Assembly (NCBI GenBank): GCA_963738405.1
Contig: CAVTWJ010000009.1
Coordinates: forward strand, 310,580 to 374,579
Direction of reading: 5' to 3'
Source of the DNA: a candidate division FCPU426 bacterium
GTDB lineage: Bacteria > Oederibacteriota > Muellerivitia > Muellerivitales > Muellerivitaceae
Length of the DNA stretch: 64,000 nt
This document shows positions 40,151-48,896 of this stretch, piece after piece (within the stretch, counting starts at the first letter, position 1; every line of letters begins with the position of its first letter). Position numbers and translations under genes: made by a program. A model generated the notes under the pieces. The model worked only from the letters and a program-made list of their open reading frames with translations. It searched no databases and was not told the DNA's origin.

Positions 40151-40867
40151 ATGCCAGAAATCGTCTCCATCCAACATGTTCACAAGGACTACCCCCTGGA
40201 TAAGGTGGTGGTGCCGGCCTTAAGAGGCGTCAGCCTGAGCGTGGCCCAGGGCGACTTTCTTTCCATTGTGGGGCCCTCGGGATCGGGCAAAACGACCCTC
40301 CTCAACCTGATCGGTTGTGTGGATGTGGCAACGAAGGGAACGGTTCTAATCGACGGCCACGACACCAAGAGCCTGAACGACCGCCAACTGACCGACCTGC
40401 GCCTGCACACCCTGGGATTCATCTTCCAAAGCTTCAACCTGGTGCCGGTGCTTTCGGTGTTTCAAAACGTTGAATTTCCCCTGCTTTTACAGCGCAAGTT
40501 GACGGTGGAAGAAAGGGCGAAAAGGGTGGATGAACTGCTGGTGAAGGTGGGATTGAACAAGCATTCCAAGCACCGCCCCAGCGAACTCTCCGGCGGACAG
40601 CGCCAAAGGGTGGCGATCGCCCGGGCTTTGGTGACCCGGCCCAAGATTGTCTTGGCCGATGAGCCGACCGCCAACCTGGATTCGGTGACCGGCGAAAACA
40701 TCATCGACTTGATGAAAGAAATGAACCGGGAAGAAAAAACCACCTTTATTTTCTCCACCCATGACGCCAAGGTGATGAGCCACGCCAACTCGGTGATCCG
40801 GCTGGCGGACGGCAAAATCGCAGAAGGCAAAGGGGCAAGCGGTCGAATGACCGCGGGGGCCCACTGA
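40151..40867 (+). CDS. ABC ATP-binding protein (LolD/MacB-like)
   Basis: GPSGSGKT, LSGGQRQRVAIARAL, ADEPTANLD, THD. Confidence 0.95.
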   Translation: MPEIVSIQHVHKDYPLDKVVVPALRGVSLSVAQGDFLSIVGPSGSGKTTLLNLIGCVDVATKGTVLIDGHDTKSLNDRQLTDLRLHTLGFIFQSFNLVPVLSVFQNVEFPLLLQRKLTVEERAKRVDELLVKVGLNKHSKHRPSELSGGQRQRVAIARALVTRPKIVLADEPTANLDSVTGENIIDLMKEMNREEKTTFIFSTHDAKVMSHANSVIRLADGKIAEGKGASGRMTAGAH

Positions 40868-42948
40868 TGGACGGGTTCCTGCTTCTTCTCAAGATATCGC
40901 TGCGCAACATCTTTTCCCATTTCCTGAACATCGTCATCGGGCTCATCATTTTGGTGGGGACGCTCCTCTTCGTGGTGGGCGGGTCAATGGTGGACAGCAT
41001 GGACAAGGCCATGAGCCGAAGCATCATCGGCTCGGTGGCGGGAAACGCCCAGGTGTACCAGGGAACTTCCAAGGATACGCCCTCGCTTTTTGAAAGCTGG
41101 CAGATCCCGGATCTGGACCCCATCCCCGATTTCTCCAAGATCAAGGGCCCCTTGATGAGCCACCCCAATGTGGCCGCGGTGGTGCCGGAGGGCATCAATA
41201 CGGCCATTGTGGTTTACGGCAATACCATCGACCAGATTTTGGAGAAATTAAGAAATTCGGAAAATCCGAAGAATAAAGCGTCTAAAGAAAAAATCGAGAG
41301 CCTGAAAGCTCATGTTCGCCAGATGGTTTCGGTGATCCAGACCGATATGGGCAAGCTGGGTAAAATTGCCGCCAAGGGATCGGTAGACCCCCAATCCATC
41401 AAGGATTTGGCGGTGGCCTCTTCCGATTCTTTCTGGAACAGCTTCGATCGCGATCCCCTCAACCACCTGGAATTCTTGGAAAACAAGATCGCCTACCTGG
41501 TGCCCGATTCGGACCAGATTTTCCTTTCTTACGTGGGCACTGATCTGGACGCCTACCAGAAGGCCTTCGACCGTATGGAAGTGGTGGACGGGCAAATGGT
41601 GCCGCCGGGCCACCGGGGCATGCTGATTTCCAAATATGTATACGAAGAACAGTTCAAGTTGAAGGCCGCGCACCGTCTTGACCAGATTCACGAGGCCATC
41701 ACGCAAAAGTACAAAAAAATCGCCAAAGACCCGGATTTACAGGATCTGGTGCGGCAAAACAAAATGCAGACCCGGGAAATTGTGCTTCAGCTGGACCCCT
41801 TGTCCACCCAGAAAGCGGTTTCGATTCTCCAGGGCACTCTCGGCTCGAAAGAAACGGACATCGCGAAATTATTAGCCTCCTTCTTTGATATGAATGACAG
41901 CAATTTTGAGGCCCGCTACAAGCTTTTTTACGATCAGCTGGCCCCCATGGTCGAGCTTTACCGCCTGAACCCCGGCGACATCCTGACGATTAAGACCTAC
42001 ACCAAGTCGGGTTTCGTGGAGGCCGTGAACGTGAAAATTTACGGCACCTTCCAGTTCAAGGGGCTGGAAAAATCCGGTACCGCAGGGGCCCTCAACCTGA
42101 TGGACCTGATGAGCTTCCGCGACCTCTACGGCTACGTGACGCCCGAAAAGATCGCCGAGACCAAGGAAATTCAAAAAGAAGCGGGCGCTAAATTCGTGAG
42201 CCGGGATAACGCCGAGGCCGACCTTTTTGGATCCTCCGCCGCGCCGGAAATAGAATCGGCCACGAACCACCACATCGACGCCAAGGCGGTCTTAGGCGGA
42301 GTGAAGGCCCAGCGCACCGACCTAAACGCCCAGGTTTATACCCAGGCCGAAGTGGAAAAGGGCATGGTGATGGGGGCGGCGATTTTGCTGAAAGACTCGT
42401 CGAAACTAAAAGAAACCATGAAGGATTTACAGGAAATCTGCGACAAAAACCAGTTGGGGCTCAAGGTGATCGACTGGCAGAAGGCGGCGGGCAACCTGGG
42501 CCAGTTTGTCTTCGTGGCCAAGATCATCCTCTTCCTGGCCACGGCCATCATCTTTGTGGTAGCCCTGGTGATCATCAACAACGCGGTGGTGATGGCCACC
42601 CTGCAAAGGATCCGGGAAATCGGCACCATGCGGGCCATCGGGGCGCGCAAGGGTTTCGTGCTGGCCATGGTGCTCACCGAAACGGTGGTGCTGGGATTTG
42701 TCTTTGGCTCCATCGGGGCCTTTTTGGGAAGCTCGTTCGTTCTCTGGCTTCAGCACGTGGGGGTGCCCGCGGGCAACGACTTCATGTTCTTTTTCTTTTC
42801 GGGCCCGAAGCTTTTCCCCTTCCTCAGCGCGGGGAGCCTGATCGGGGCCTTTTTCGTGGTGATCATCGTGACCTGCCTGTCGGCCCTGTATCCGGCCGTC
42901 ATGGCGACCCAGGTGACGCCTATCCAAGCCATGGCCTCGGAGGATTAA
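40867..42948 (+). CDS. FtsX/MacB-type ABC permease with a very large extracytoplasmic domain
   Basis: N-terminal TM, long loop, RIREIGTMRAIG plus three TMs. Confidence 0.85.
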   Translation: MDGFLLLLKISLRNIFSHFLNIVIGLIILVGTLLFVVGGSMVDSMDKAMSRSIIGSVAGNAQVYQGTSKDTPSLFESWQIPDLDPIPDFSKIKGPLMSHPNVAAVVPEGINTAIVVYGNTIDQILEKLRNSENPKNKASKEKIESLKAHVRQMVSVIQTDMGKLGKIAAKGSVDPQSIKDLAVASSDSFWNSFDRDPLNHLEFLENKIAYLVPDSDQIFLSYVGTDLDAYQKAFDRMEVVDGQMVPPGHRGMLISKYVYEEQFKLKAAHRLDQIHEAITQKYKKIAKDPDLQDLVRQNKMQTREIVLQLDPLSTQKAVSILQGTLGSKETDIAKLLASFFDMNDSNFEARYKLFYDQLAPMVELYRLNPGDILTIKTYTKSGFVEAVNVKIYGTFQFKGLEKSGTAGALNLMDLMSFRDLYGYVTPEKIAETKEIQKEAGAKFVSRDNAEADLFGSSAAPEIESATNHHIDAKAVLGGVKAQRTDLNAQVYTQAEVEKGMVMGAAILLKDSSKLKETMKDLQEICDKNQLGLKVIDWQKAAGNLGQFVFVAKIILFLATAIIFVVALVIINNAVVMATLQRIREIGTMRAIGARKGFVLAMVLTETVVLGFVFGSIGAFLGSSFVLWLQHVGVPAGNDFMFFFFSGPKLFPFLSAGSLIGAFFVVIIVTCLSALYPAVMATQVTPIQAMASED

Positions 42949-44253
42949 ATGAAACAATTATTCCTAATCGCTTTCCGCAACATTTTGAGCCACGGAAGAC
43001 GCAGTCTCTTTTTGGGCGGGGCCATCGCCGGGGCCACGGCCCTCTTGGTATTCCTGGGATGCCTCTCCTCCGGCGTGAAGGCCACGATGCTCGAATCGGC
43101 CACGACCGTGGCTACGGGCCACCTGAACGTGGGAGGTTTTTTTAAGATCACCGCGGGCCAATGCGCCCCCCTAGTGACGGATTACAAAAAAATTGAGGAT
43201 ATCGTCCGCAAGACTTTGCCCGATCTGGACTACGTGACGGCCCGGGGCCGGGGCTGGGCCAGACTTGTTTCCGACGAAGCCAGCGCCCAGGTGGGGATCG
43301 CCGGGGTGGACATGGCCAACGAACCCATGCTGCCCAAGGTGCTGAAGATGAGGGAAGGCAATCTGGCCGACCTTGCCAAGCCCGGATCCATCCTTATTTT
43401 CGAAAGCCAGGCCAAAAAGTTTAAGGTCAAGACGGGGGACAGCATGGTCTTTTCCGTACTGACCGACCGGGGCGTGAACAACACGGTGGATGTTCGGGTG
43501 TGCGGGGTGGCGGAAGACATGGGGCTGATGACCTCCTGGAACGTCTTTGTGCCGCAGGTGACCCTCAATCAGCTTTACCAAATCAACGACTCGGCCACCG
43601 GCGCCTTGTTGGTTTATCTGAAGAACATGAACCGCATCCCCCAAGACATGGATCTTTTGCGAAAGGCCCTCTCCCAAGCGGGCTATTCGATCATGGATCG
43701 GGAGGCCAACAAGGCTTTCTGGATGAAGTTTGAGGAAGTGAACCGCGAGGAATGGACGGGGCAGAAGCTGGATATCACCACCTGGCAGGATGAGATCAGC
43801 TATGTCATTTGGGCCCTGACCGCCATTGACGGTTTGAGCCTGGTGCTGACCAGCGTGCTGTTGGTCATCATCGCGGTGGGGATCATGAACAGCCTTTGGA
43901 TCGCCATCCGCGAGCGCACCCGGGAAATCGGAACCCTCAGGGCCATCGGCATGAGGCGGCGTCTCGTGATGGTCATGTTCGTGCTGGAGGCCTTTTGCCT
44001 GGGCGTGATGGGAACTGCCGTGGGCGCTTTGCTTGGCTGTCTGGCGGCGCTGGCCTTGAACGCCCTGCACCTGCCGGTGCCTGAGGGGGCGCAGTTTTTC
44101 ACCATGTCCACCACCCTCAAGTTCGCCCTGGACCCGGTTCGCATTTTCGGCGGGGCGGCGGTGATTACGCTTTGCTGCACGGTCGTGTCGGTGATACCTT
44201 CGCTTAAGGCCGCCCGGATGAAGCCCGTCACGGCCATGAGCCACTTAGGATAA
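42949..44253 (+). CDS. FtsX/LolE-type ABC permease
   Basis: AFRNI..H.RRS, ERTREIGTLRAIG, KPVTAM. Confidence 0.88.
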   Translation: MKQLFLIAFRNILSHGRRSLFLGGAIAGATALLVFLGCLSSGVKATMLESATTVATGHLNVGGFFKITAGQCAPLVTDYKKIEDIVRKTLPDLDYVTARGRGWARLVSDEASAQVGIAGVDMANEPMLPKVLKMREGNLADLAKPGSILIFESQAKKFKVKTGDSMVFSVLTDRGVNNTVDVRVCGVAEDMGLMTSWNVFVPQVTLNQLYQINDSATGALLVYLKNMNRIPQDMDLLRKALSQAGYSIMDREANKAFWMKFEEVNREEWTGQKLDITTWQDEISYVIWALTAIDGLSLVLTSVLLVIIAVGIMNSLWIAIRERTREIGTLRAIGMRRRLVMVMFVLEAFCLGVMGTAVGALLGCLAALALNALHLPVPEGAQFFTMSTTLKFALDPVRIFGGAAVITLCCTVVSVIPSLKAARMKPVTAMSHLG

Positions 44254-44256
44254 AAA

Positions 44257-45036
44257 ATGAAAAAGATCCAAAGCCTGCTGTTAAGCCTGATGCTGTTTTT
44301 GCCTTCGGCCCTTTTTGCCCAGACCCTGACGAAGGAGAAAATGGTCGATATCCTTAAAGGCATCGACTACCGCATCCGAAGCGGGGGCGATTACACCGCC
44401 GAGGTTTATATCGAACAGCACGAGAAGGACAAGCCCGACGTGGCCCGTGAAGCCCTGGTGTACCGAAGGGACGCGGATCAAAAGCTCATGATACTCTTCA
44501 CCAAGCCAAAGACGGAGGCGGGCAAGGGCTATTTACGGGTCGATAAGAACCTTTGGTACTACGACCCCACGGTTGGCAAATGGGAAAGGCGCACCGACCG
44601 GGAGCGCATCGCGGGGACCGATTCCCGGCGTCAAGATTTCGACCAGTCGGACCTGGCCAACCAATATGATCCCGAGTTCGTGGCCAACGAGAAGCTGGGG
44701 GTCTTTGACGTGTGGCATCTGAAATTGACGGGAAAACCCGGACAGGACCTGGCCTACCCGATTGTGGAATTCTGGGTGGATTCGGCGACCGGCAATTATC
44801 TCAAACGGCAGGATTTTGCCCTATCTGGAAGGCTTCTTCGCACCAGCTATGACCCCAAGTGGGACAAGATCATGAGTGACTCCAAGAAAGATTACCAATG
44901 GTTCCCCAAGGAGATCCGCATCTATGACGAGATCGACAAGGCCAATTCCACGCTGGTTTTGATCCATTCGGTGGACCTGTCGCCATTGCCTGAAAACATG
45001 TTCACCAAGGCCTGGTTGGAAACAAAGAGTCGATAA
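44257..45036 (+). CDS. LolA-like outer-membrane lipoprotein-sorting protein
   Basis: Signal peptide, LFTKP....GKGYL, NLWYYDP, IAGTD, FTKAWL. Confidence 0.78.
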   Translation: MKKIQSLLLSLMLFLPSALFAQTLTKEKMVDILKGIDYRIRSGGDYTAEVYIEQHEKDKPDVAREALVYRRDADQKLMILFTKPKTEAGKGYLRVDKNLWYYDPTVGKWERRTDRERIAGTDSRRQDFDQSDLANQYDPEFVANEKLGVFDVWHLKLTGKPGQDLAYPIVEFWVDSATGNYLKRQDFALSGRLLRTSYDPKWDKIMSDSKKDYQWFPKEIRIYDEIDKANSTLVLIHSVDLSPLPENMFTKAWLETKSR

Positions 45037-45066
45037 GCCAAACCCCTATTGGACCGAGGTGAATGA

Positions 45067-46308
45067 ATGAAAAAGTTTTATTTATTGGTTTTATTTTGCC
45101 TGATCGCCGCTGGTCGGGCGGTTTATGCGGAGGACCGGGTCTCCGAAGGCGACATGTTCGGCTCTACTTCCGCGACACCCACGCCCGCCGCCGCCGAGGT
45201 GAAGGGGCCGGACCTTTCTTCCGCCAAAGTCTCCTCAGGTTCGGTTAAAGAAGAAAACCTCCAAATCGGCGGGACCCTTTCGGACGAGGCGGACCTTTAT
45301 CTTCAAAACGGCGTTCCACTCGATCAAAACACCGCCACCAACCCCAACATCCTTTTTCTCTACCTCGACTCCAAATTGGAAAACGACGCGCGGGTTTTCG
45401 CCCGCGTCCGCTCCTACTACGACCCGACGGGCTTGACCGGGGGCAACACCAACGCCTCCAGCTTCACCAACCCCTACGGGTTCGGGAACGGTTCGAGCGA
45501 TAACTTGAGTGTGAGCCTGCAGGAACTGCGCGTCTCGGCCAACATCGGCCATGAGGTGTTTTTCACCATCGGGCGCCAGAAGGTGAAATACGGGACGGCC
45601 CATTTTTTCAACCCCACGGACTTCTTGAACGCCCAGGCCTTCAACTTCTTTCTCCCCACCGACGAGCGCACGGGGGTGGACATGATCAAGGCCCACTTGC
45701 CGGTCGGGACCGCCAATTTTTATGCGGCGGGCTTGGCGGGAAACCCCACCACGGGCAAACAAAGCGGGGGCTACCTGCGAAGCGAGGTGGCTTACGACGG
45801 AGTGGCGGGCGATCTGCTGGGTGCCGGGGAATTTTCCCTTTCCGGCTGGTTTCCGAAGGACCAGCCGGGTCGGTTGGGGTTTGACCTGTCCCAGGCCGTG
45901 GAAGATTTCGACGTCTATGTTGAGGGCGCGGCGGGACAAAACACAGCGGGTTCTTGGGAGGACGCCCTAAGCAGCGGCTTTACCTGGGAAGTGAAATACG
46001 CCGACCGGGACACTAACACCGTGACCTTTGAGGGGGAATATTTCCAGGCCGGAGCCTTGGCCGAATACGGGGTCTTCGCTGTCGACTTGGGCGGGCCTTG
46101 GGGATTAAACGACATCACCTTTATCGAGACGAACCTGTTTAACTTCATCGACCAGAGCGGGCTTTCCCGCCTGGATACGGTCTGCCAATTCAGCGACCGC
46201 ATCAGCGGACGGGTTTATGCCTCGGCCCCTTGGGGTACGGTGGGCGGGAGTTTTTACCTGCCGGGCGAGATCGCCCAAACGGGCGTGAGGATGGATGTGA
46301 ATTTTTAA
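45067..46308 (+). CDS. putative outer-membrane beta-barrel protein
   Basis: Signal peptide, TIGRQ.V.YGT..FFNPTD, C-terminal VRMDVNF. Confidence 0.7.
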   Translation: MKKFYLLVLFCLIAAGRAVYAEDRVSEGDMFGSTSATPTPAAAEVKGPDLSSAKVSSGSVKEENLQIGGTLSDEADLYLQNGVPLDQNTATNPNILFLYLDSKLENDARVFARVRSYYDPTGLTGGNTNASSFTNPYGFGNGSSDNLSVSLQELRVSANIGHEVFFTIGRQKVKYGTAHFFNPTDFLNAQAFNFFLPTDERTGVDMIKAHLPVGTANFYAAGLAGNPTTGKQSGGYLRSEVAYDGVAGDLLGAGEFSLSGWFPKDQPGRLGFDLSQAVEDFDVYVEGAAGQNTAGSWEDALSSGFTWEVKYADRDTNTVTFEGEYFQAGALAEYGVFAVDLGGPWGLNDITFIETNLFNFIDQSGLSRLDTVCQFSDRISGRVYASAPWGTVGGSFYLPGEIAQTGVRMDVNF

Positions 46309-46331
46309 GCCGACTTTTCCTTTCTCCGCCT

Positions 46332-46649
46332 CTAATCCTTCGGCGGCTCTTCCTTTTTAGGAGCTAAGGGGCCTGGAACTTCCGGCAGTTTTTTAATGGG
46401 GGTAGGGTCCCCGATCCAATCCAGGAACCGGTCTTTCAAGTACCCAAGAAACGAAATCACCAATATCAGGACGATGAGGCCGAGGAAAAATAGGAAAAGG
46501 CCGAATGCTGTCGCCCCAATAGCATTCCAAATGCCGCTGTGTATTTTAGGGATAAAAAAAGCGAGGCCGACCGACACCAGCAAAATGAGTAGCATCAACT
46601 CGGTTTTTCCGGCGTGGCCGGATTGGTTGAGCGGAAGGTTTTTCCTCAT
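46332..46649 (-). CDS. hypothetical two-TM membrane protein
   Basis: Two hydrophobic segments and a Pro-rich tail. Confidence 0.5.
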   Translation of the reverse strand: MRKNLPLNQSGHAGKTELMLLILLVSVGLAFFIPKIHSGIWNAIGATAFGLFLFFLGLIVLILVISFLGYLKDRFLDWIGDPTPIKKLPEVPGPLAPKKEEPPKD

Positions 46650-46698
46650 GAGGCAATTGTCTCGACAGGAAGAGACCCTGTCAAATGAGGGAGGGCAA

Positions 46699-46733
46699 TA
46701 AAAAAGGGACGCTGGAAACCCAGCGCCCCTTTT
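46699..46733 (-). terminator. terminator after the SOD gene
   Basis: Minus-strand GGGGCGCTGG/CCAGCGTCCC stem followed by a T-tract. Confidence 0.75.
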
Positions 46734-46745
46734 CTTCAATAAGGC

Positions 46746-47336
46746 TTATTTTCCTTCGAAGTTCTTTCCGGCGAACTCCCAGTTAACGACCTTCCAAAAG
46801 GCTTCCACGTACTTGGCCCTCGCGTTGCGGTAGTCGATGTAATAGGCGTGTTCCCAGACGTCGCAGGTGAAGAGGGGAATGTGCCCGGTGGTCAAGGGGG
46901 TGGCGGCGTTGGCCGTGGTCTCGATTTTCAGGCTCTTATCCTTGGGGTCCAAGGACAGCCAAGCCCATCCGGAGCCGAATTGCCCCAGGGCGGCGGCGGT
47001 GAACTGCTTCTCGAACTCGGCGCGGGACCCGAAGGTCTTGTCGAGTGCCTGCCCCAAGGCGCCCGAGGGGGACTGGTTCTTGTCGGCGCTCAGGCTGTTC
47101 CAGTAGAAGGAATGGTTAAAGTGCTGGGCGGCGTTATTAAAGAGAGGCCCGGAAGCCTTCTTGATCAATGCTTCCAGATCCAAGGACTCGTCGGGGGTTC
47201 CGGCGATGAGCTTGTTCAAGTTGTCCACGTAGGTCTGGTGGTGCTTCCCATAGTGGAATTCAAAGGTTTCAACGCTCAAATAGGGGGCCAAGGCATCCTT
47301 GGAATAGGGCAACATGGGCAATTCATACTTCGGCAT
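46746..47336 (-). CDS. sodB: Fe-type superoxide dismutase
   Basis: HYGKHH, FNNAAQHFNH (AAQ is the Fe-type signature), DVWEHAYY; AAGGAG RBS. Confidence 0.9.
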   Translation of the reverse strand: MPKYELPMLPYSKDALAPYLSVETFEFHYGKHHQTYVDNLNKLIAGTPDESLDLEALIKKASGPLFNNAAQHFNHSFYWNSLSADKNQSPSGALGQALDKTFGSRAEFEKQFTAAALGQFGSGWAWLSLDPKDKSLKIETTANAATPLTTGHIPLFTCDVWEHAYYIDYRNARAKYVEAFWKVVNWEFAGKNFEGK

Positions 47337-47433
47337 AGCGGCTCCTTTTTTATGATCAAGATTGCGACAACCACGGCAATCTGACACCGGGGGGATGAAA
47401 AATCAATAGGCCCTCCGGGTTAAGATAGGGGCT

Positions 47434-48024
47434 ATGAAACCCATTTCCGGCCGTCTCCTTTATCAACCCCAACAAATTCAAGACGGGGTGGAAGTCGCCG
47501 CCCGAAGGGTTTTTGCATGGGCGAATGGAAATTCGGCATTGGGTTGGGTGACGGTTCTGGATGGCGGAAAGCCTTTTTCGGCGGACCTTTCCAGCCATCT
47601 ATTGAAGCTCTTACCGGGGCTTACCCTGATTCGGGGAGAGGCGCGGGTGAAGGCAACCGAAGGAACTGAAATTATGAAGGAGCGGGAAGTGGATTTGTCG
47701 GCGCTGAACCTGAAGGCTTTTCTTGAACTTCCGATTTTGCTGGTGGATGATTTGGTCGATTCGGGGCGAACTTTGGGCGCTGTCAAGACGGCGCTGGAAA
47801 AGACGGGAGTCCATTCCATCAAAACGGCGGTGGCCTTGAACAAGCACGCGGCCTTAAGGGGCCGGGCCGATTTTTGCGCCTTGGACCTGGGACTCACACC
47901 TGAGGATTTGCAAGCAAAGGGCCTTCGGGACCTTTGGGTTTACGGTTATGGGATGGATTTAAACGGGCATTACCGGGAAGAACCCGCTATTTGGGGGATG
48001 GAAATACCGGTACAAAAAACCTAG
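47434..48024 (+). CDS. divergent hypoxanthine-PRTase-like phosphoribosyltransferase
   Basis: ILLVDDLVDSGRTL PRPP loop, VYGYGMD..G.YR. Confidence 0.75.
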   Translation: MKPISGRLLYQPQQIQDGVEVAARRVFAWANGNSALGWVTVLDGGKPFSADLSSHLLKLLPGLTLIRGEARVKATEGTEIMKEREVDLSALNLKAFLELPILLVDDLVDSGRTLGAVKTALEKTGVHSIKTAVALNKHAALRGRADFCALDLGLTPEDLQAKGLRDLWVYGYGMDLNGHYREEPAIWGMEIPVQKT

Positions 48025-48836
48025 CGCATCGTCATCCAGAAGCTGATTCCCAAGAAGGGCCAAAGGGCCGCCGCCAGGCATCCCAAGCACAGGAAGGGGC
48101 CGTAGGGCAACGGGGTTTTTGCCTTGATGCGTCCCGAGAGGATCAGGAAACCTCCCAAGAGGCCGCTGATGATGGATCCGAAAAAAAGTCCGTCCAATAT
48201 TCCCTGCCAGCCTAAAACCATCCCCAAGGCTCCCAGAAGTTTGATGTCCCCTCCGCCGAGGGCGTCCTTGCCGAGCAGCAAGGTTCCCACCCAGCCAAAG
48301 GCGAATAAAATTCCAGCCCCCACCAGAAACCCCAAGACCATATCCACCAGCCTCGCGTCCCACCGGGCGCCCAGCCAGGCGTTCCAAGGGGCGTATAGGG
48401 TCGCGACCGCCATGAGGGGAAAGACCACGGCGTTGGGAAGGGTCATGGTGCGGATATCAATAAAAGAAAGGACGATGCAAAAGGCGCCCAAGACCAGAAA
48501 GCCCGCCAACTTGAGGGGGTCTTCCCCGAAGCGCCAGGCGGAAAGGACAAACAACAAACCCGTCACGGCTTCCACCAGGGGGTATTGCCAGGAGATGGGC
48601 TTGGAACAGGACCGGCAGCGGCCCCGAAGGAAAAGAAAACTCAACAGTGGGATGTTTTCATACCAGGAAAGCGAATGCCCGCAGCCCGGACAGCGGGAAG
48701 CGGGGCGGACAATAGAGAGGCCTTCGGGAATGCGCAGGACGCAGACGTTGAGAAAACTTCCCAGACAGGCTCCCACTGCGAAAAAGGAGATCAATTTTAC
48801 GGCTTGAAGAAATAAAAGCCCTTGGCTGGAATCCAA
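48021..48836 (-). CDS. pilD: type IV prepilin peptidase
   Basis: GSFLNVC, S.CP.C, ENIP, G.CR.C..PIS..YP.VE, LGGGDIKL, PYGPF. Confidence 0.92.
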   Translation of the reverse strand: MDSSQGLLFLQAVKLISFFAVGACLGSFLNVCVLRIPEGLSIVRPASRCPGCGHSLSWYENIPLLSFLFLRGRCRSCSKPISWQYPLVEAVTGLLFVLSAWRFGEDPLKLAGFLVLGAFCIVLSFIDIRTMTLPNAVVFPLMAVATLYAPWNAWLGARWDARLVDMVLGFLVGAGILFAFGWVGTLLLGKDALGGGDIKLLGALGMVLGWQGILDGLFFGSIISGLLGGFLILSGRIKAKTPLPYGPFLCLGCLAAALWPFLGISFWMTMR

Positions 48837-48896
48837 TGGATCTCCAAGAAAAAAAGATTATTAACTCTCTTGCGATGTTACCACATTCCAAAGCCA

